A stretch of DNA of 64,000 nt from Octopus sinensis (lineage: Eukaryota). Positions 37,382-52,479 of the stretch are shown piece after piece. Where the stretch lies: the NCBI RefSeq assembly GCF_006345805.1, contig NC_043015.1, positions 43,462,001-43,526,000 on the forward strand, written 5' to 3'. Every line of letters starts with the position of its first letter. The first letter of the stretch is position 1. The notes beneath the pieces were generated by a model, which was given only the letters and a program-made list of their open reading frames with translations, had not been told where the DNA came from and searched no databases. The translations under genes and the position numbers were made by a program.

Positions 37382-39349
37382 TTGTTCTTGGTCTTCAGTT
37401 AGAGTAAAAATGCCTACAAAATATATTACATGTGATATTGTCTATTGTTTGAGGCTATCAGTGGATAGACGGGTAAAGCAGCCTACCCTGCGTTAAGCCA
37501 CAAACAACAGTGATGGGTGGAGTGTGTAGGTAAACATCCTTCAAAGGAAATAACTCTCTTTTACTCAAAGTGAGTCGTTTCCTTCAAACTGTATGTAGCT
37601 AAAGTTTTGGTCATTTAGCGAAGAAATAATTCAGAACTCTTTGAAACACAAATCATTAATACTACCGTTCTTTTCTTTATGAAGTAATTCTCGCACCGCA
37701 TCTATTAATTCGACTATTAATTTCCGACGAATTAATTTTAAATATTGTGAATTAACAACAATAATTATTTTGATATGTCTTAATTATTCTATAAAAAATA
37801 ATAATTGATCTTAAATTTCAATTTTTACACAAAACTTTAGTTCATTTAAAAGCTTTAGATTTGTCAATGATTTTGTCTAATTAATGTTAATTATCTGCCA
37901 GATGAATTTATAAACGATGAAATAATTACAAAATTACCACATGGAAATATTGTAACGAAGGCAAATATCAATTAATCTTAAATTGATGGATATCAGGGAA
38001 AAGAATTTAGTTATAAACAAAAACTTTAACATTTTCGAATTATATTTACATGTTTTTTATTCGTAAATATAGTGTGAATAAATATTTTATATACAACCTT
38101 ACAGTTTGGTTATTAATACTTCCAATCGTGTATTCCATCAGATTTATAGATGCATCAGATGCTGTGCACTTCAAACGGAGGCTGTCGAGATGCCTTTCCA
38201 CATCCCCTGCCAGGCAAAAACTTATCTATCATTGTCTTTGTGAAATCTTCAGTTTCAAACGGAGTCTCTTTACCAATAAATCAATTCAGTTGAGTAGCCA
38301 TCGTCCCCTAAGAACGATTGCAGACAAAATATATCTGATATTGTCTTTTGTTCAGCACTGTCAGCCCTACAGCAACCAGTGGGCCGGAAAAGCATCCAAA
38401 TACGCTGCGTTTAGGAACAATAACTAAGATAGGTGTAATGTGTCGATAAATCACCTTCAAAGGAAACGCCACGCTTTTATCAAATGATTGACGTTTCCTC
38501 CGAATTATAAGTAACTAAATCACAACTGTCACCCTCCGATGCCCATAGATTGAAGAAATGGTACAAAAAATTCTTTGAAATATGATAATCATTAAAATTT
38601 CTATATTTTTTCATTCTTTTCTTTATAAAATAACTCTCGTACCAAATCTATTAATCTAACTTGTTGGCACAAGGCTAACAATTTCACAGGAAGATGAAAG
38701 TCGATTACATCGATTCCATTGCTTGGATGACATTTGTTTTATCGACCCTTGAAAGGATGAAAGTCAAAATCGATCTCCGTGAAATTTGGAACACACATTG
38801 TAAAAGTCTATTAGCCGACGCCCTTAAGATGGAGGTGGGTTCCGTGGTGGTCATAGTTTGTATGTTTGGCTGTTTGTTGGAAAACCTGATGTTCTGGAAA
38901 CTGGTGCCTGTTCTTTTTGCTGTTCCTGTTGCTCAATATTATTTTCGTTTTCCTAATACCAGCCCGGTATTCGGCTGTGTCTTCGGTGATTAATATACCA
39001 CAGAGAGACTTATAGCTTATGCCTTTCTCAGTTTAAAGAATATCTCTCAAAATCTCCTGGAGCGTATATTATACTAATTGTTTTAAAGGAAAGTTTAATT
39101 AGCTTCCCTCGTTTTGTAAGCTGAGATCTATAAATTTTCTCGTGGCCCTCTCGTGGATTAGGTTATCTGGCAAAGAAATTCCTTTCGGTTTTACAAAATT
39201 TTCCGAGCTTGTTCTTCTAACTATGATAGATCTAAATCTCCTGTTTCGGGTTGCATTAAGGGAATGCTTGCTTTAACACAACTACTTTATGAATCCACTG
39301 CAGCATTTGTATCAGTGCAAATAGTGGACGAATCGCAGCTGCTTTGATG

Positions 39350-39838
<489 letters not shown>

Positions 39839-39854
39839 CAGCAAAGATATTGGC

Positions 39855-41610
39855 ATGCAATATGGCATAAAGTATTCTACAGTGCTAATTATGAATGAGA
39901 GGCTACAAGATAAATTCTGATGGAATAATATTACCAGAAGAGAACATGATTAGATAGCTTTGGATTAATGAGGAATACAAATACTTAGGGGAGTTACAAG
40001 GCAATAGGAGAACGGAATGAAAAATGAAGGAGAAAATCTCTGAAGAATATAAAAAGAGAATTTGGAAAGGAAGTTGTTCGAAACTGCATTAAATCAATAA
40101 AAGCATATGCTATGCTAGTATTAAGATGCTCTGCTTCGTTTCTGAAATGGACGAAGGACGAACTACAGAGTTTGGACAGAAAACTGTAAAACTGCTCAGA
40201 ATGCACAACACACACCGAAAACTAATAATGACAGGCTCTACCCACAAAAGAACGAAGCACAGGGTTACTAAACGCACAATACACGATTAGTCTTGCGATA
40301 TTGTGATCGAAAAATTGTGCTGTACGAAGTGAAGAACGTATAGTATTGGCGGCTAGAGGTGCCCACAAAATACTGAAATATTTGGAGATTTTAAGAACCA
40401 AAAGAACAATAGAACAAGGAAATAGAGAGAAATGGAATTACATGATCAATTCGTGCAGCAAACCGAGGATTTTGGAAGTAAAAAACATTGTCTCTGGTCG
40501 ATGGACGGGACTTGGAACAAACGTCCTAAAAGCTAATTGTTGCTGCTTAGGATGAAGCATTTAGGATCAACCTAATAAAACTCAGACAGCAAATGTAGAA
40601 TTTGTAGGAAAGGAGACGAACGTATCAATATTAATTACAATGGGAAGAGAGACCTGAGAAACAAAAGATCATTCTGGAAAAGGAGAATAAATGGAAGTAT
40701 TGATAACATGGTGAAATGATTTAAGTTGAACAACGAAGTAAGGAGACGAAATAGGGAACTATCAAGAGGACAATGGTACTTTTTCTCGGATATCTTGAAA
40801 CAAAAAAAAATAAAGCAAGTGGAATTAGGGGCGAGAAATATATGTAAGAAATAGCAACACAATACCTACCTACCGAAACATTTAAGTAACAAGATGAAGA
40901 ACAACTGGAAAGTCAAAAAAAAATAGCAATAACTCAGGAAAATCGAAGAGAAAAAGAAGACCAACCTCTTGATGTCGATAAGAAAGAGTGATCTGAATAG
41001 ATACACTGAGGCATTGATATACAGCGCTCTGGAATAACCTCTGAGAACTAATATCAATAAGTTCCAAAATACATAAGAATATTGAATTACGTCGCAAGAT
41101 TTGTAGTAGTAAAAACGAAAGGAGACATGATAACGTGGCTAAGTTTGTTCTATGGAGATTGTATGAGTAGAACGTTTTGGAAGAAAAATGGAATGGTACA
41201 AACATGAACCAAAAGGCGTCGCTGAGAATAATGACTATAAGATCTTGCGGGATTTTAGGATCCACTGTGACACTTGAATAGATACCCGAAGACCAGACAT
41301 TGGTATAGTCGATAAAAGGAAAAAGGATCCTAAGGTCAAAGATATTGCCTTACCTGGGGAGGCACGATTAGGTGACAATGAGCTAGAAAAGGTGGGAAAA
41401 TATAAATTATTAAAAGATAAAATTGCAAGAATGTGGGCTATAAAAAGAATATTTATCATCCCAATAGTTGTATGGGCACTCGAAGCACAAACATCCAAGT
41501 ACGAGAAACGTCGCAGAAATTGGAACTGACATGAGGACAGAGCATGCTCAAAAATTTTGATCTATTGGGTACAGCGAGGATTTTCAGATTGGTATTTGGG
41601 TGTTGAATAC
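39855..41610 (+). mobile_element. Degenerate R4/Dong-clade non-LTR retrotransposon (RT C-terminus, Cys finger, RLE)
   Basis: YKYLG (39976); LKWTKDELQSLDRK..LLRMHN..DRLY; CRICRKG; RRHDNVAKFVLWRL; from 41221 ENNDYKILRDFRIHCDT*IDTRRPDIGIVDKRK..KDIALPGEARLGDNELEKVGKYKLLKDKIARMW..IPIVVWALE; QK..LLGTARIFRLV*. These are the PD..D..EK..KY RLE motifs of the R4 clade. Confidence 0.88.
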
Positions 41611-42445
41611 ATTCCACGATATTTTACATCTAGGCACCAGGTCTTAGAATTCGTGGAAAAAGGGATATAATAAAAGGGATGTAGTACAATGCCTAATATA
41701 GTAAAACTTTCGAATATTTCAATTATCATTCTACGCATGCGCATGGGTTTTCTTATGTCACAGATTTCTTGCTGACAAAATAAAAAAAAAAAAACACACA
41801 AAAAAGAATATGAAATGCATGCGTTTCAAAAAATCTCTTGCTTAAATTTTGGTTGCTAGGTAACATTATCTGCTGAAACGATGATATACATTTGTAAAGA
41901 AAGATATTTCTGATGATATGATATTTTTAATTTAATCGTATCACTCGAAAGAGAATATTCCCCAAATGACGTCAAAACAAAACAGAAATAAGAGATCGAT
42001 AAGTATTAATTCCTTTGGCGACAAAATGACAACAAGAAAAATCACACACGAAAATAATAAATGGAAAAGAAAAGGTATTTGTTTTCTCCCATACAAACAA
42101 ACACACAAATGCATACAAATATCTCTCTATACAAACAAATATGCATATACAAATACATATACACACATATAAACACACACACTAACACACATTCACACGC
42201 ATATATCATATATATATGCATATATATATGTGTGTGTGTGTGTGTGAGTGTGTGTGTGTGTGTGTGTGTATGTGTGTGTGTGTGTGTGTGTGTGCATGTA
42301 TGTATGTATATGTGTGTGTATGCAGTACAAACATTTAATCCCTATAAACAAATTATCTGTATAGAATGTTCAACAAAGGAGACCGTGTTTCTCGGATTCG
42401 AGAGACTAAATACACACACTCACACACACACACACACCACACACA

Positions 42446-42476
<31 letters not shown>

Positions 42477-42594
42477 CACATGCATGCAGAAACACACACT
42501 TGCGTGTGTGTGTTTACGTACGTATGTATCTATATATCTATATATAATATGTGTGTGTATAATAATTTATTTATATATTTAAATGTATGTATGC

Positions 42595-42637
<43 letters not shown>

Positions 42638-43928
42638 TAATATATTAACCATCACGCATACATATATATATATATGTACAAACGTACATATGTGTGTTTG
42701 TGTATGTATGTATATTTACAACGTGACCCAGAAGTCACGAAGAGGGTGAAAACTCTAATAACCTTTTTGTATTTAAATTACATAAGGTTGATTCAATTAA
42801 ATATTATTAAAATTTCTGGTCTCTTGGTGTTTCTGCGAATCCTCTTACGCTCTCTGTCTCTCTCTCCCACCCTCTCTCTCACTCTCTCTCTCTCTCTCTG
42901 CTTCCTTACTCTACATATACATTAGTTCAGACTCAACGTCTTCAACTCCTACATGTGCTCCTTGCCCCTCCCTGCTCTCCTATGATTTCTAATTTCTTCG
43001 CTTTCACTTTTTATTCTTCACATTGCCTCCTTTTTTTTCCTCTCTGTTTTCATATGCATCTTTGTCCACCTACACGTGTCAATCTCCACACAAAATTTCT
43101 ATGAAAGCCATAAAATCGCACGCGCATGCACGCACACGTTCACTTACTTGTAAATCAGCCTCCACAAAACGTTTACGCGAAGTCATAGAATCGCACGCAA
43201 ACACACTCACACACAGACGCACGCATACACACGATCGCTCGTACTTTTTTCTCTTCTTTAACACACTATTTCAAGCGAACTACAACACACGTCTTTTAAT
43301 ACGCCTTCACTACGACAATTCCGCAACGATGAGTGTTTGGTTTACTTCTGATGATGGGTTTTATGCTTGAAATATAAAACTTTTCCCTTTTCACGTTCTA
43401 ATCTCTCTGTTTTCACTAAGCATATTCAGAGATAGCGTGACCATGAATTTCTGGTGATTCAATGATCCAGCTTATTTATTTGCATTCATGTTTGAATATA
43501 CAACTTTATTCCATGAAGTATAGCATGCATATTAATGCAAACATGTAAAGATGATTTTAATCTCCACGGAAATTAACACTATATGAAGAATGCTGCGAAA
43601 CGGCCGTGATCCTAAGGATGTTAAGTGGTTAAATAAATATGTGCATATCACATGTATCCTCAATTTTTATGGTTTGTATACTCTTCATGATAATAGTGAA
43701 ACATGTATGTGAATAATCCATATTATTATTGCTATTCTTTTGTCTTGCTCGAATACTTCTAGCATAAGGGTTGTCCACATAGTGGTTATCCCTCTAATAT
43801 GTATATAATACAACTTTTACTGAACCTTCGGATTTTTATATGCTAGACCAGTGGTTTAAAATTCTTATTAATTAAATTAATATCGAATTTCTCACCCTCA
43901 TCTTGAGTTTATATATATATATATACAC

Positions 43929-43995
<67 letters not shown>

Positions 43996-44289
43996 TATAT
44001 TTACATATATACATATATATATATGTATCTATATATGTATACATACATATAAATGTGTGTCTTGTGTGGGTGTTTGTCCCCCACTACCGCTTGGTGTGTT
44101 TAAGACCTCGTAAATTAGCGGTTCGATTTGGCGGACTCATAGGATAAAACACCAGGTTTCAAAAGCAAGCACTTGGGTCGATGCATTCGTCTAAAAGTTA
44201 TTCAAGGCGATGCCCCGACATGGCCGCAATCTAATGACTGAAACGAGTAAAAACAACGATAAAAGACACATGAAAACATACACACACAG

Positions 44290-44326
<37 letters not shown>

Positions 44327-44391
44327 CACACATACATATATATATATACATACAGAGAGAGGGACTAGATAGATGGATAGATAGATAGATG

Positions 44392-44468
<77 letters not shown>

Positions 44469-45009
44469 CTAGACGTAGAGATATCAATTCAAACATTCAT
44501 ACAATCATACATGTATACTTACGTCCTCATCAACATGTATCTTCCTTTGTCACTAAGATAGATATCATGGATGAGTATATCTGTGTCTTTTTTTCTTCTA
44601 ACAGCTGAAATCTCTGTTAAGTCTATGCCAAATCTGATATGATTATCCACCAGCATAATTCTAGTCTTTTCCTCTGCCGATTTCTCTTTCGGTTTTCTCT
44701 CTGCTCTACACGTTTGCTACATAGCTGAGTGAAATACTATAATTTTCATTCTCTTACATTATGCAATGAAATAAAATCTTGTTAGATTTTGCCATACTGA
44801 ATATGTCATCACTGGTTTACAGTCCGTTTCGTGATTTTGTCAAAAACGTCTTAAAAATACAACACCACCTTCGTTTATAACCAGTTCGACAATACCTTTG
44901 TTAATACGCAAATTTCATCTCCGCATAATAGGATTGACCAAACGTTACGTTTTCATTATGTTTTCCTGTTTTCGATATTAACGATTCCCGATACGAGTAC
45001 ACCTGACCT

Positions 45010-45076
<67 letters not shown>

Positions 45077-45145
45077 GGATATATATATATATACATATGT
45101 ATGTACGTATGTATGAATGTATATATATATATATATATGTATGTA

Positions 45146-45186
<41 letters not shown>

Positions 45187-45191
45187 ATATG

Positions 45192-45223
<32 letters not shown>

Positions 45224-45303
45224 CATACCTATATATATGTGTTGTGTATATATATATATATATACATATACATATACATATATATATACATATACATACA
45301 CAT

Positions 45304-45360
<57 letters not shown>

Positions 45361-45949
45361 CGTACATAGATATGTATATATATATATATATCCACATACA
45401 TACATACTTACATATATATATATATATAATATATATATACATAACATTCAATCCTTTCCGATCCTGCGTCATATTAATGATTACGTATATCCCAAGTATA
45501 ACATCTTCCGTGTCTATTTAATTGGCTTTTTCCTCGATTGCAATATATATTTTTGAGAACAGTTGTTCTCTTGTTGATTACTATTGATTTTGTTTCCACT
45601 TCATTTCCGTTTTATAGGACACTTTTCTGACATTTCCTATGGTTGCAATATTCTTAAGGTTATATCCGTTCGATAGTTAATAAGTCAGAATCGTGTACAA
45701 ATCTAAAGTTGTCGATGGTAATCCTTCATATTCTCACTGCTAGAATTTTCACTCTGCTTTTAACTGTATCTTTTAAATAAGCTAGACTATAGTACACGTC
45801 CTTGTCTTACATTTAAGACACATGCATGTCTGGGCAGTTAGGAAGCTCAATCGGCGTCTTAGGTTCCTGTCTTCTACTTTAACATCAGACCATTCAAAGT
45901 TTTGTGAAAGAATTCAGTAGACGGAAACTCTGATAAAGCCTGTTGTGTA

Positions 45950-46051
<102 letters not shown>

Positions 46052-46056
46052 ATATC

Positions 46057-46090
<34 letters not shown>

Positions 46091-46749
46091 ATATATATAT
46101 TATATATATATATATATATATTAGTCTATCTATCTATTAGTCTATTATCTATCTGTCTACGATTACAGTCCCTACCGGTATATATGTACACAATTACCTG
46201 CTTTGATTACAGCCTTAAATATTTCTAGCTATGTAGTTGTTTTCAACACGGTAGTCATATTTAGTGATAACTATGGTTTTCCTCATATATATATATATTT
46301 GTGTGTGTGTGTGTGCGTGTGTATACATTTAGATTCAGATGAATATGGTACTTAAGTTGAGGCATCAGAACTTAGTACGTAATGAGATAAAAAACAAACT
46401 ATATATGATACAAAAACATACTTAAAAATATGAAGAAAAGCAAGTGTAAGTAAATGTTCAGAGTGCCATCGGAATTATCGTTGCTTGTGTGTATATCTTT
46501 GTGTATGTATTTATCACCCACACTCTCTTCAGAAACCAATATCAGTTTGTTGACGTCCGCTTGATCTAGCGATTCGGCTATTGAGCCAAGAGAAAACGTA
46601 TTAGACTTAAAAACAAACAATGTAAGCATTGTGGTTGATTTGTTCGACTAAATCCATTCAAGATTCAAGGCGATGCCACATCAAGGACGTAGTCTCCAGA
46701 TTGAATCGAAAGACAAAAATGAAAGTTTTAAGCCCATTCAGTTCTCAGT

Positions 46750-47900
46750 TCTGCTTTTTGATCTCGTCATAGTCTGTAATTATTTGCAGTTCATTCTTGC
46801 ATATGCTGATTTCCAATCACCGTTCGATCTTCTGTGCATTATTTCCTCTTACAAATACCTCGGCAGATTGTATTACGCACGTATGAAAACACCTTGTTTT
46901 ATCTCCAGAGTTCTTTTTAACACATAGTTCCGCTGCTGAATATCTCATCACACGTTACAATTCCTTTGCAGTTGACTCATTTCTTCATTTTTTCCGTTGG
47001 ACGTTCCTAATATATTTCGCCATTGTTTTTGCAGAAACATTTTTACGGCCGACTTATGTCTTCGATTGTTCTCAATGCAATTCTTTGTTCAATGATTTTC
47101 ACCAATAGCCTAACCACATGATTCACTGCGCTAACAATACTAAACTCTTTAGATTTCAGTTTCTTTACAAATAGGAACAAAGGTCTTTCATTTTCGGGGT
47201 TTCTTCTGACCACTCTCACGTATTACATAACACAATACTTTTATTACATCTAAAGTGGAGGCGCAATGGCCCAGTGGTTGGGGCAGCGGACTCGCGTTCG
47301 TAGGATCGCGGTTTCGATTCCCAGACCGGGCGTTGTGAGTGTTTATTGAGCGAAAACACCTAAAACTCCACGAGGCTCCGGCAGGGTGTGTTGGCGAACA
47401 CTGCTGTACTCTCTCACCACAACTTTCTCTCACTCTTACTTCCTGTTTCTGTTGTACCTGTATTTCAAAGGGCCGGCCTTGTCACTCTCTGTGTCACGCT
47501 GAATATCCCCGAGAACTACGTTAAGGGTACACATGTCTGTGGAGTGCTCAGCCACTTACACGTTAATTTCACGAGCAGGCTGTTCCGTTGATTCGGATCA
47601 ACCGGAACCCTCGTCGTCGTATCCGACGGAGTGCTTCCATTACATCTAAACTGTAGTTATATCATTCTGCTCATGTTTCTCTTATTACAATTTTTATCTG
47701 CTCCATTTGTCTTCTCAGCCTTCATTTTCCTTATACTTTCCAACTTGTTTTAAGGTCTTGCTTCGATTAGCCCCTTCAAACATGAACAGAAGAAGGCTGT
47801 TCTCATGATCCCACAGTACCTTTAATCCATTCAAAGGATCCTACACGAAATATTACGTTCAAACAGTATGCTTCCAATTTTTGTACCTAAAGTTTCTGCT
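46750..47900 (-). pseudogene. Possible highly decayed R4-like LINE fragments, split by SINE C
   Basis: VMRYSAAE...DKTR...AEVFVRG at ~46960-46820 weakly resembles VLRYSAG..DRKTRK..DVDRLY. Weak evidence. Confidence 0.35.
47255..47638 (+). mobile_element. SINE family C, full length, long tail
   Basis: 12-bp TSD ATTACATCTAAA at 47243-47254 and 47639-47650. Confidence 0.93.
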
Positions 47901-48696
47901 TTGTTTACTCAAGCAATTCTTGCTTGTAATCTCATTTATTTTGCAATAAATGTCTAAAGATTTACATTCGGAATTAGATTTTTGCGAATTGGTTCCATTC
48001 ATCAACGAACGATGTATTTTTACCTTTTCTACATTAAAAAAAACATCTTTATTTACGATATTATATCTATCTTGAAGTTCATTTCTTTTCTTTCTCTCTC
48101 TATATTTTTTCCTCTCTTCTTTTGTTTCTTCCACATAGAACACGATTTTGTCAATTATCCATTTTTTTTCTCCGCCTGTTGATATTCTTCTCCATTGTTT
48201 AGTTATGGCCACATGCAAATTGCGAGAAACAATTTTTCTAGTATTTTTTTCGTTATTACGTAACACTTGCAATCATTATTCACCATAGACAAAGATACAC
48301 ACACATTCACACATATATATGTGTGTGTATGTTTGTGTGTATGTGTGCGATAGTGTATGTGAAAATATACACATATATATAGAAGTATGCATACACACAT
48401 GAATATATACACCTATATACCCACACGCATACGTATGTTAGTGTCCAGTGTACGTGCGTATGTCTGTCAGCATCTGACATATGAAAAGAAACATGTAGCA
48501 GTATTTCTAGAACGAAAATAACTTGCTCTATTTCGAAAATAATGGCTCTTTGCTTACGAAAGTGAGATATATACACATGATAGAAATATAAACGATGGTA
48601 TTTTTCAATTATTACTTTCGTCACATTCTGCTCATATACATGTACCTTTCACAAGTCCTTACACTATTTTAAAACCAGATTTATATATGTGTGTGT

Positions 48697-48985
48697 GGAG
48701 GCGCAATGGCCTAGTGGTTAGGGCAGCGGACTCGCGGTCGCAGGATCGCGGTTTCGATTCCCAGACTGGGTGTTGTGAGTGTTTATTGAGCGAAAACACC
48801 TAAAAAGCTCCACGAGGCTCCGGTAGGGGGTGCTGATCCCTGCTGTACTATTTCACCACTTTTTCTCCCACTCTTTCTTCTGTTGGCCTGCTCGCTTAGC
48901 CAGCGGGGTGGCGTCATTCGAAGGCTAAAACAATGCGAACGTATTGTGACCAGCGATGTGTAACAACATCTAATGATCTGGTCGG
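48697..48985 (+). mobile_element. SINE family C, short-tail variant
   Basis: Same as 14258-14527. Confidence 0.88.
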
Positions 48986-49097
48986 TCATGTGATCACGTG
49001 ATATATGTATATAGTATAGCCACATCAAAACGGCTGTTGAATGATAGTACTAGTTTAATCCTAGGCAGATTCTCCACCAGCTGGTTATCGGTGCAAC

Positions 49098-49502
49098 ACT
49101 CTTTTTCTTTTACTCCTTTCAGTCATTTGACTGCGGCCATGCTGGAGCACCACCTTTGGTCGAGCAAATCGACCCCATGACTTATTCTTTGGAAGCCTAG
49201 TACTTATTCTAAGGGCCTCTTTTGTCGAACTGCTACCTTACGGAGACGTAAACACACCAGCATCGGTTGTCAAGCGACGTTGGGGGGAGAAAAAGACACA
49301 CAAATATATACACACACATACATATAAATATAGATATATACGACGGGCTTCTTTAAGTTTCCGTCTACCAGATCCGCTCACAAGGATTTGGTCGGCCTGA
49401 GGCTATAGTAGAAGACACTTGCTCAAGGTACCACGCACTGGGACTGAACCCGGAAACATGTGGTTGGTACGCAAGCTACTTACCACACAGCCACTCCTGC
49501 GC

Positions 49503-49505
<3 letters not shown>
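49098..49505 (-). mobile_element. SINE family B, full length
   Basis: Head, CORE-like block, internal microsatellite and 3' stem-loop module. Confidence 0.9.
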
Positions 49506-49544
<39 letters not shown>

Positions 49545-49750
49545 GTATATATATATCAGCCGAAATTACTACTGATCCGGTTCTAGACTGAAGACTGAGG
49601 GTTTTCGAATGTCTTGTCCGTGTTTATTGTATCGTCTTCTAAGAGTTATACGTTCTGGTCCATGTTGTATTTTTCTACATACCTTAATGTATATATATAT
49701 ATTATATATATATTTACACACACATATTATATATATATATATATATATAC

Positions 49751-49782
<32 letters not shown>

Positions 49783-50029
49783 ATCTGTATATATGTACGA
49801 TTGAATATTATACAAAACAAAAACAAATGGCAGAAACAAGTGAGGGAACAAAAAAGTATATTAGTATGGCACCCAGGGAAACTGAGAGATGTTTGTGACA
49901 TTTTGAGCCTCTGCTCTTCAGCAAAGAAGGAAGAGAGGGAAAACATATGGAAAGAGGAAAAACTGGGGAGAAAAAAAGGTGTCTAGATTACCGGTTGCAT
50001 ATATGCATGTATGTATTTATGTATGTATG

Positions 50030-50522
50030 TCATTATTCAGTTTATTCCAAGATTTCTTGCCAATTGAGAATGAACTGGTTTCTAACTTAGATCTAAGACA
50101 CCTTCATTGGAATTACATCAACAGCAGGATATTTTTATATGCATGTATGTATTAAGGTACATATGCATGTATGTATGTATTAATGTATATATTGATGTAT
50201 GTATGTGCAGATTTGTATGTTTTATCTATGGATTCTTATAATATAGTTAGATATCTAGACATGATCATATATATTTAAATGATACACTTCTGGAAAGATT
50301 TACAGATTTTTACAGTTCCATTGATAGATTCTATCTGTAGTCTTCTAATTAGTTTTCTCCTTCTGGTTTTGAGAAGTGTGTTACATATCCCCGAGCCCCA
50401 GTAATTACAGGTAAAAAACTGAACTTGCAATCTGGATAGAGTGACTGCAGATTTCTCAATTGTTCAGCGTAGGTGTTTTCTTTCTCACTGATTTTTAGCT
50501 TTACGTTAACATTCACTGATCT
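50030..50522 (-). mobile_element. RLE-type non-LTR retrotransposon 3' end, 5'-truncated
   Basis: VNVNVKLKISEKENTYAEQLRNLQSLYPDCKFSFLPVITGARGYV, then frameshift IRRLQIESINGTVKICKSFQKCII* (stop 50275-50277). Fits the EK..Y..L..P.I.GA.G RLE C-terminus. The 3' UTR ends in (CATA)n. Confidence 0.8.
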
Positions 50523-51028
50523 TCAGCTTTATGTATTTATGTATGTATGTATGTATGTATGTATATGCATGTATGTATGTATGTATGTATGTATGTATGT
50601 ATGTATTATGTATGTATGTATGTATGTATTATCTATGTATGTATGGAGGGACGGACGTATCATCAAATAGACAACTGTGATCTAGCTTTATCTTGTTTTT
50701 AACATATTTTTTTCTTTCGTATCAGGTTTTTTTTCACAACAAGTGTGGATCAATATATTTCCTAAATGCATACTCGAAGTCTCCAGACCATCACAGTCGC
50801 ATTTCCATAATTGAGAGGATGTGGTGTCCACGTTGTTTCATATATATACACTCTCGGAATTCATGGAGACATTTCTGCATTTTAACTTTTCTCTTTTGTT
50901 CGCTAAGATTTTACACTAACAGTCCAGCGATGATTTGATTTATATGTATATATGTATGTATATATGCACATATATTTATATAAAGATATGTATATATACG
51001 CACATATATGCATATTATATATGCATTA

Positions 51029-51069
<41 letters not shown>

Positions 51070-51348
51070 CATACACACACACACATATATATATGCATAT
51101 ATTCATATATATATATATATACACACACACACATGAATATATATATAGGTATATACCTACATATATATATATATGTTTGTATATTTGCACATATTTATGT
51201 ATGTATGCAGATAGGTATCTATATTATATATTTACATATATATAAATATATATATATGTGTGTGTATGTGTGTGTATACATGTATACATGCATACGTACA
51301 TGTATGTATGCATATGGATATACATACATATACTTGCCTATATACATA

Positions 51349-51390
<42 letters not shown>

Positions 51391-52222
51391 CTCACACATA
51401 TATCTATATGGTAACTGTATATGTGTATATATATATATACGTATGTGTGTGCATATATATTTATGTATATATGTGTGTATGCACACAGCGATATACATGC
51501 TTGATAACGCGGTATGTCGGCAGATAAATACTCACAGGTAACTATATGCATACAAAATGTCCGCTTATCCCTATCAACGCTTCTGTTATTCTACAAGTGA
51601 GATTTTCGTCCACATTGTTCTTCTCAATGATACGCCTGAGGGATTTCTGAGTGATTTTCCCCATTAGACATGCTACTTAAGAATTATTTTTTCTATTAAT
51701 ATGGTATCTTTTCTTTAAATGTTAAGTGAAAAGATACATGGAGAGATATTTTTCTGTTCGTAGAATCAGAAAAGGGGGGGAAAAAATCACTCTGTTTAGA
51801 AATTAATAATCCTTCACGGAAGAAAATATAGAATTTTAAAGTTTTATCACGTACTGAACAATCTTATAAAACGATATTTTGCTTTGATTTCCATTGATGT
51901 GCTTTTGTTTACTACCCTTGTGCTAGTTGCTTCCAAACATCTTTCATTCCAACTATAACGTCGTGAAATGTTTCTTGCGGTCCCTGAAGGTGTCATGTTT
52001 TTTTTTCTTTAGAGATTCATAATACTTTCAAGCTCTGTTCTTCATAATGTTAAGTAGAAGAAAACTAAAATCGTATGTCACTAAATAAAACGATTTTATT
52101 ACTACAAAAATCCTTGGTAGAATATATTTTCTTGTTTATCATGAGGTTTTTCTGGATTGTTTTACGAAATACGACATTTAAATTAATAGAATTTACATCA
52201 TTTATGTGTTTCAGTTATTTGA

Positions 52223-52376
52223 ACTACGGCCTGACATGGCTGCGTGGTAAGAAGCTTGCTTCCTAACCACATGGTTCTGTGTTCAATCCCATTGTGTGGC
52301 ACCTAGAGCAAGTATCGGCCGACAAAAGGCTAGTGATTGGATTTGGTAGACGGAAATTGAAAGAAGCCTGTCGTAC
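52223..52376 (+). mobile_element. SINE B 5' half
   Basis: GGCTGCGTGGTAAGAAGCTTGCTTCC...GTAGACGGAAATTGAAAGAAG. Confidence 0.82.
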
Positions 52377-52479
52377 GTATGTATGTATCCTTTCACAGGA
52401 TTCACTTTAAGACCTTGAAATGTCGCACGATGAGCTCCCAGATTCTCCCATCCACAATGAGTACGCAGTTAATTCTTAA

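Noticed and set aside
38050-38650. 125-aa ORF and an opposite-strand open stretch (GDVERHLDSLRLKC...)
   Set aside because: No motif recognised. The flank resembles 37480-37720, suggesting an old repeat.
43335-43382. CTGATGA-TGGGTTTTATGCTT-GAAATATA hammerhead-like string
   Set aside because: Stem II is mostly G-U pairs and stem I does not pair.
49891-49930. Minus-strand TGCTGA-A-GAGC-AGAG-GCTC-AAAATGTC, possibly a decayed hammerhead of another Penelope family
   Set aside because: Several core positions are wrong and there is no second copy in the window for confirmation.
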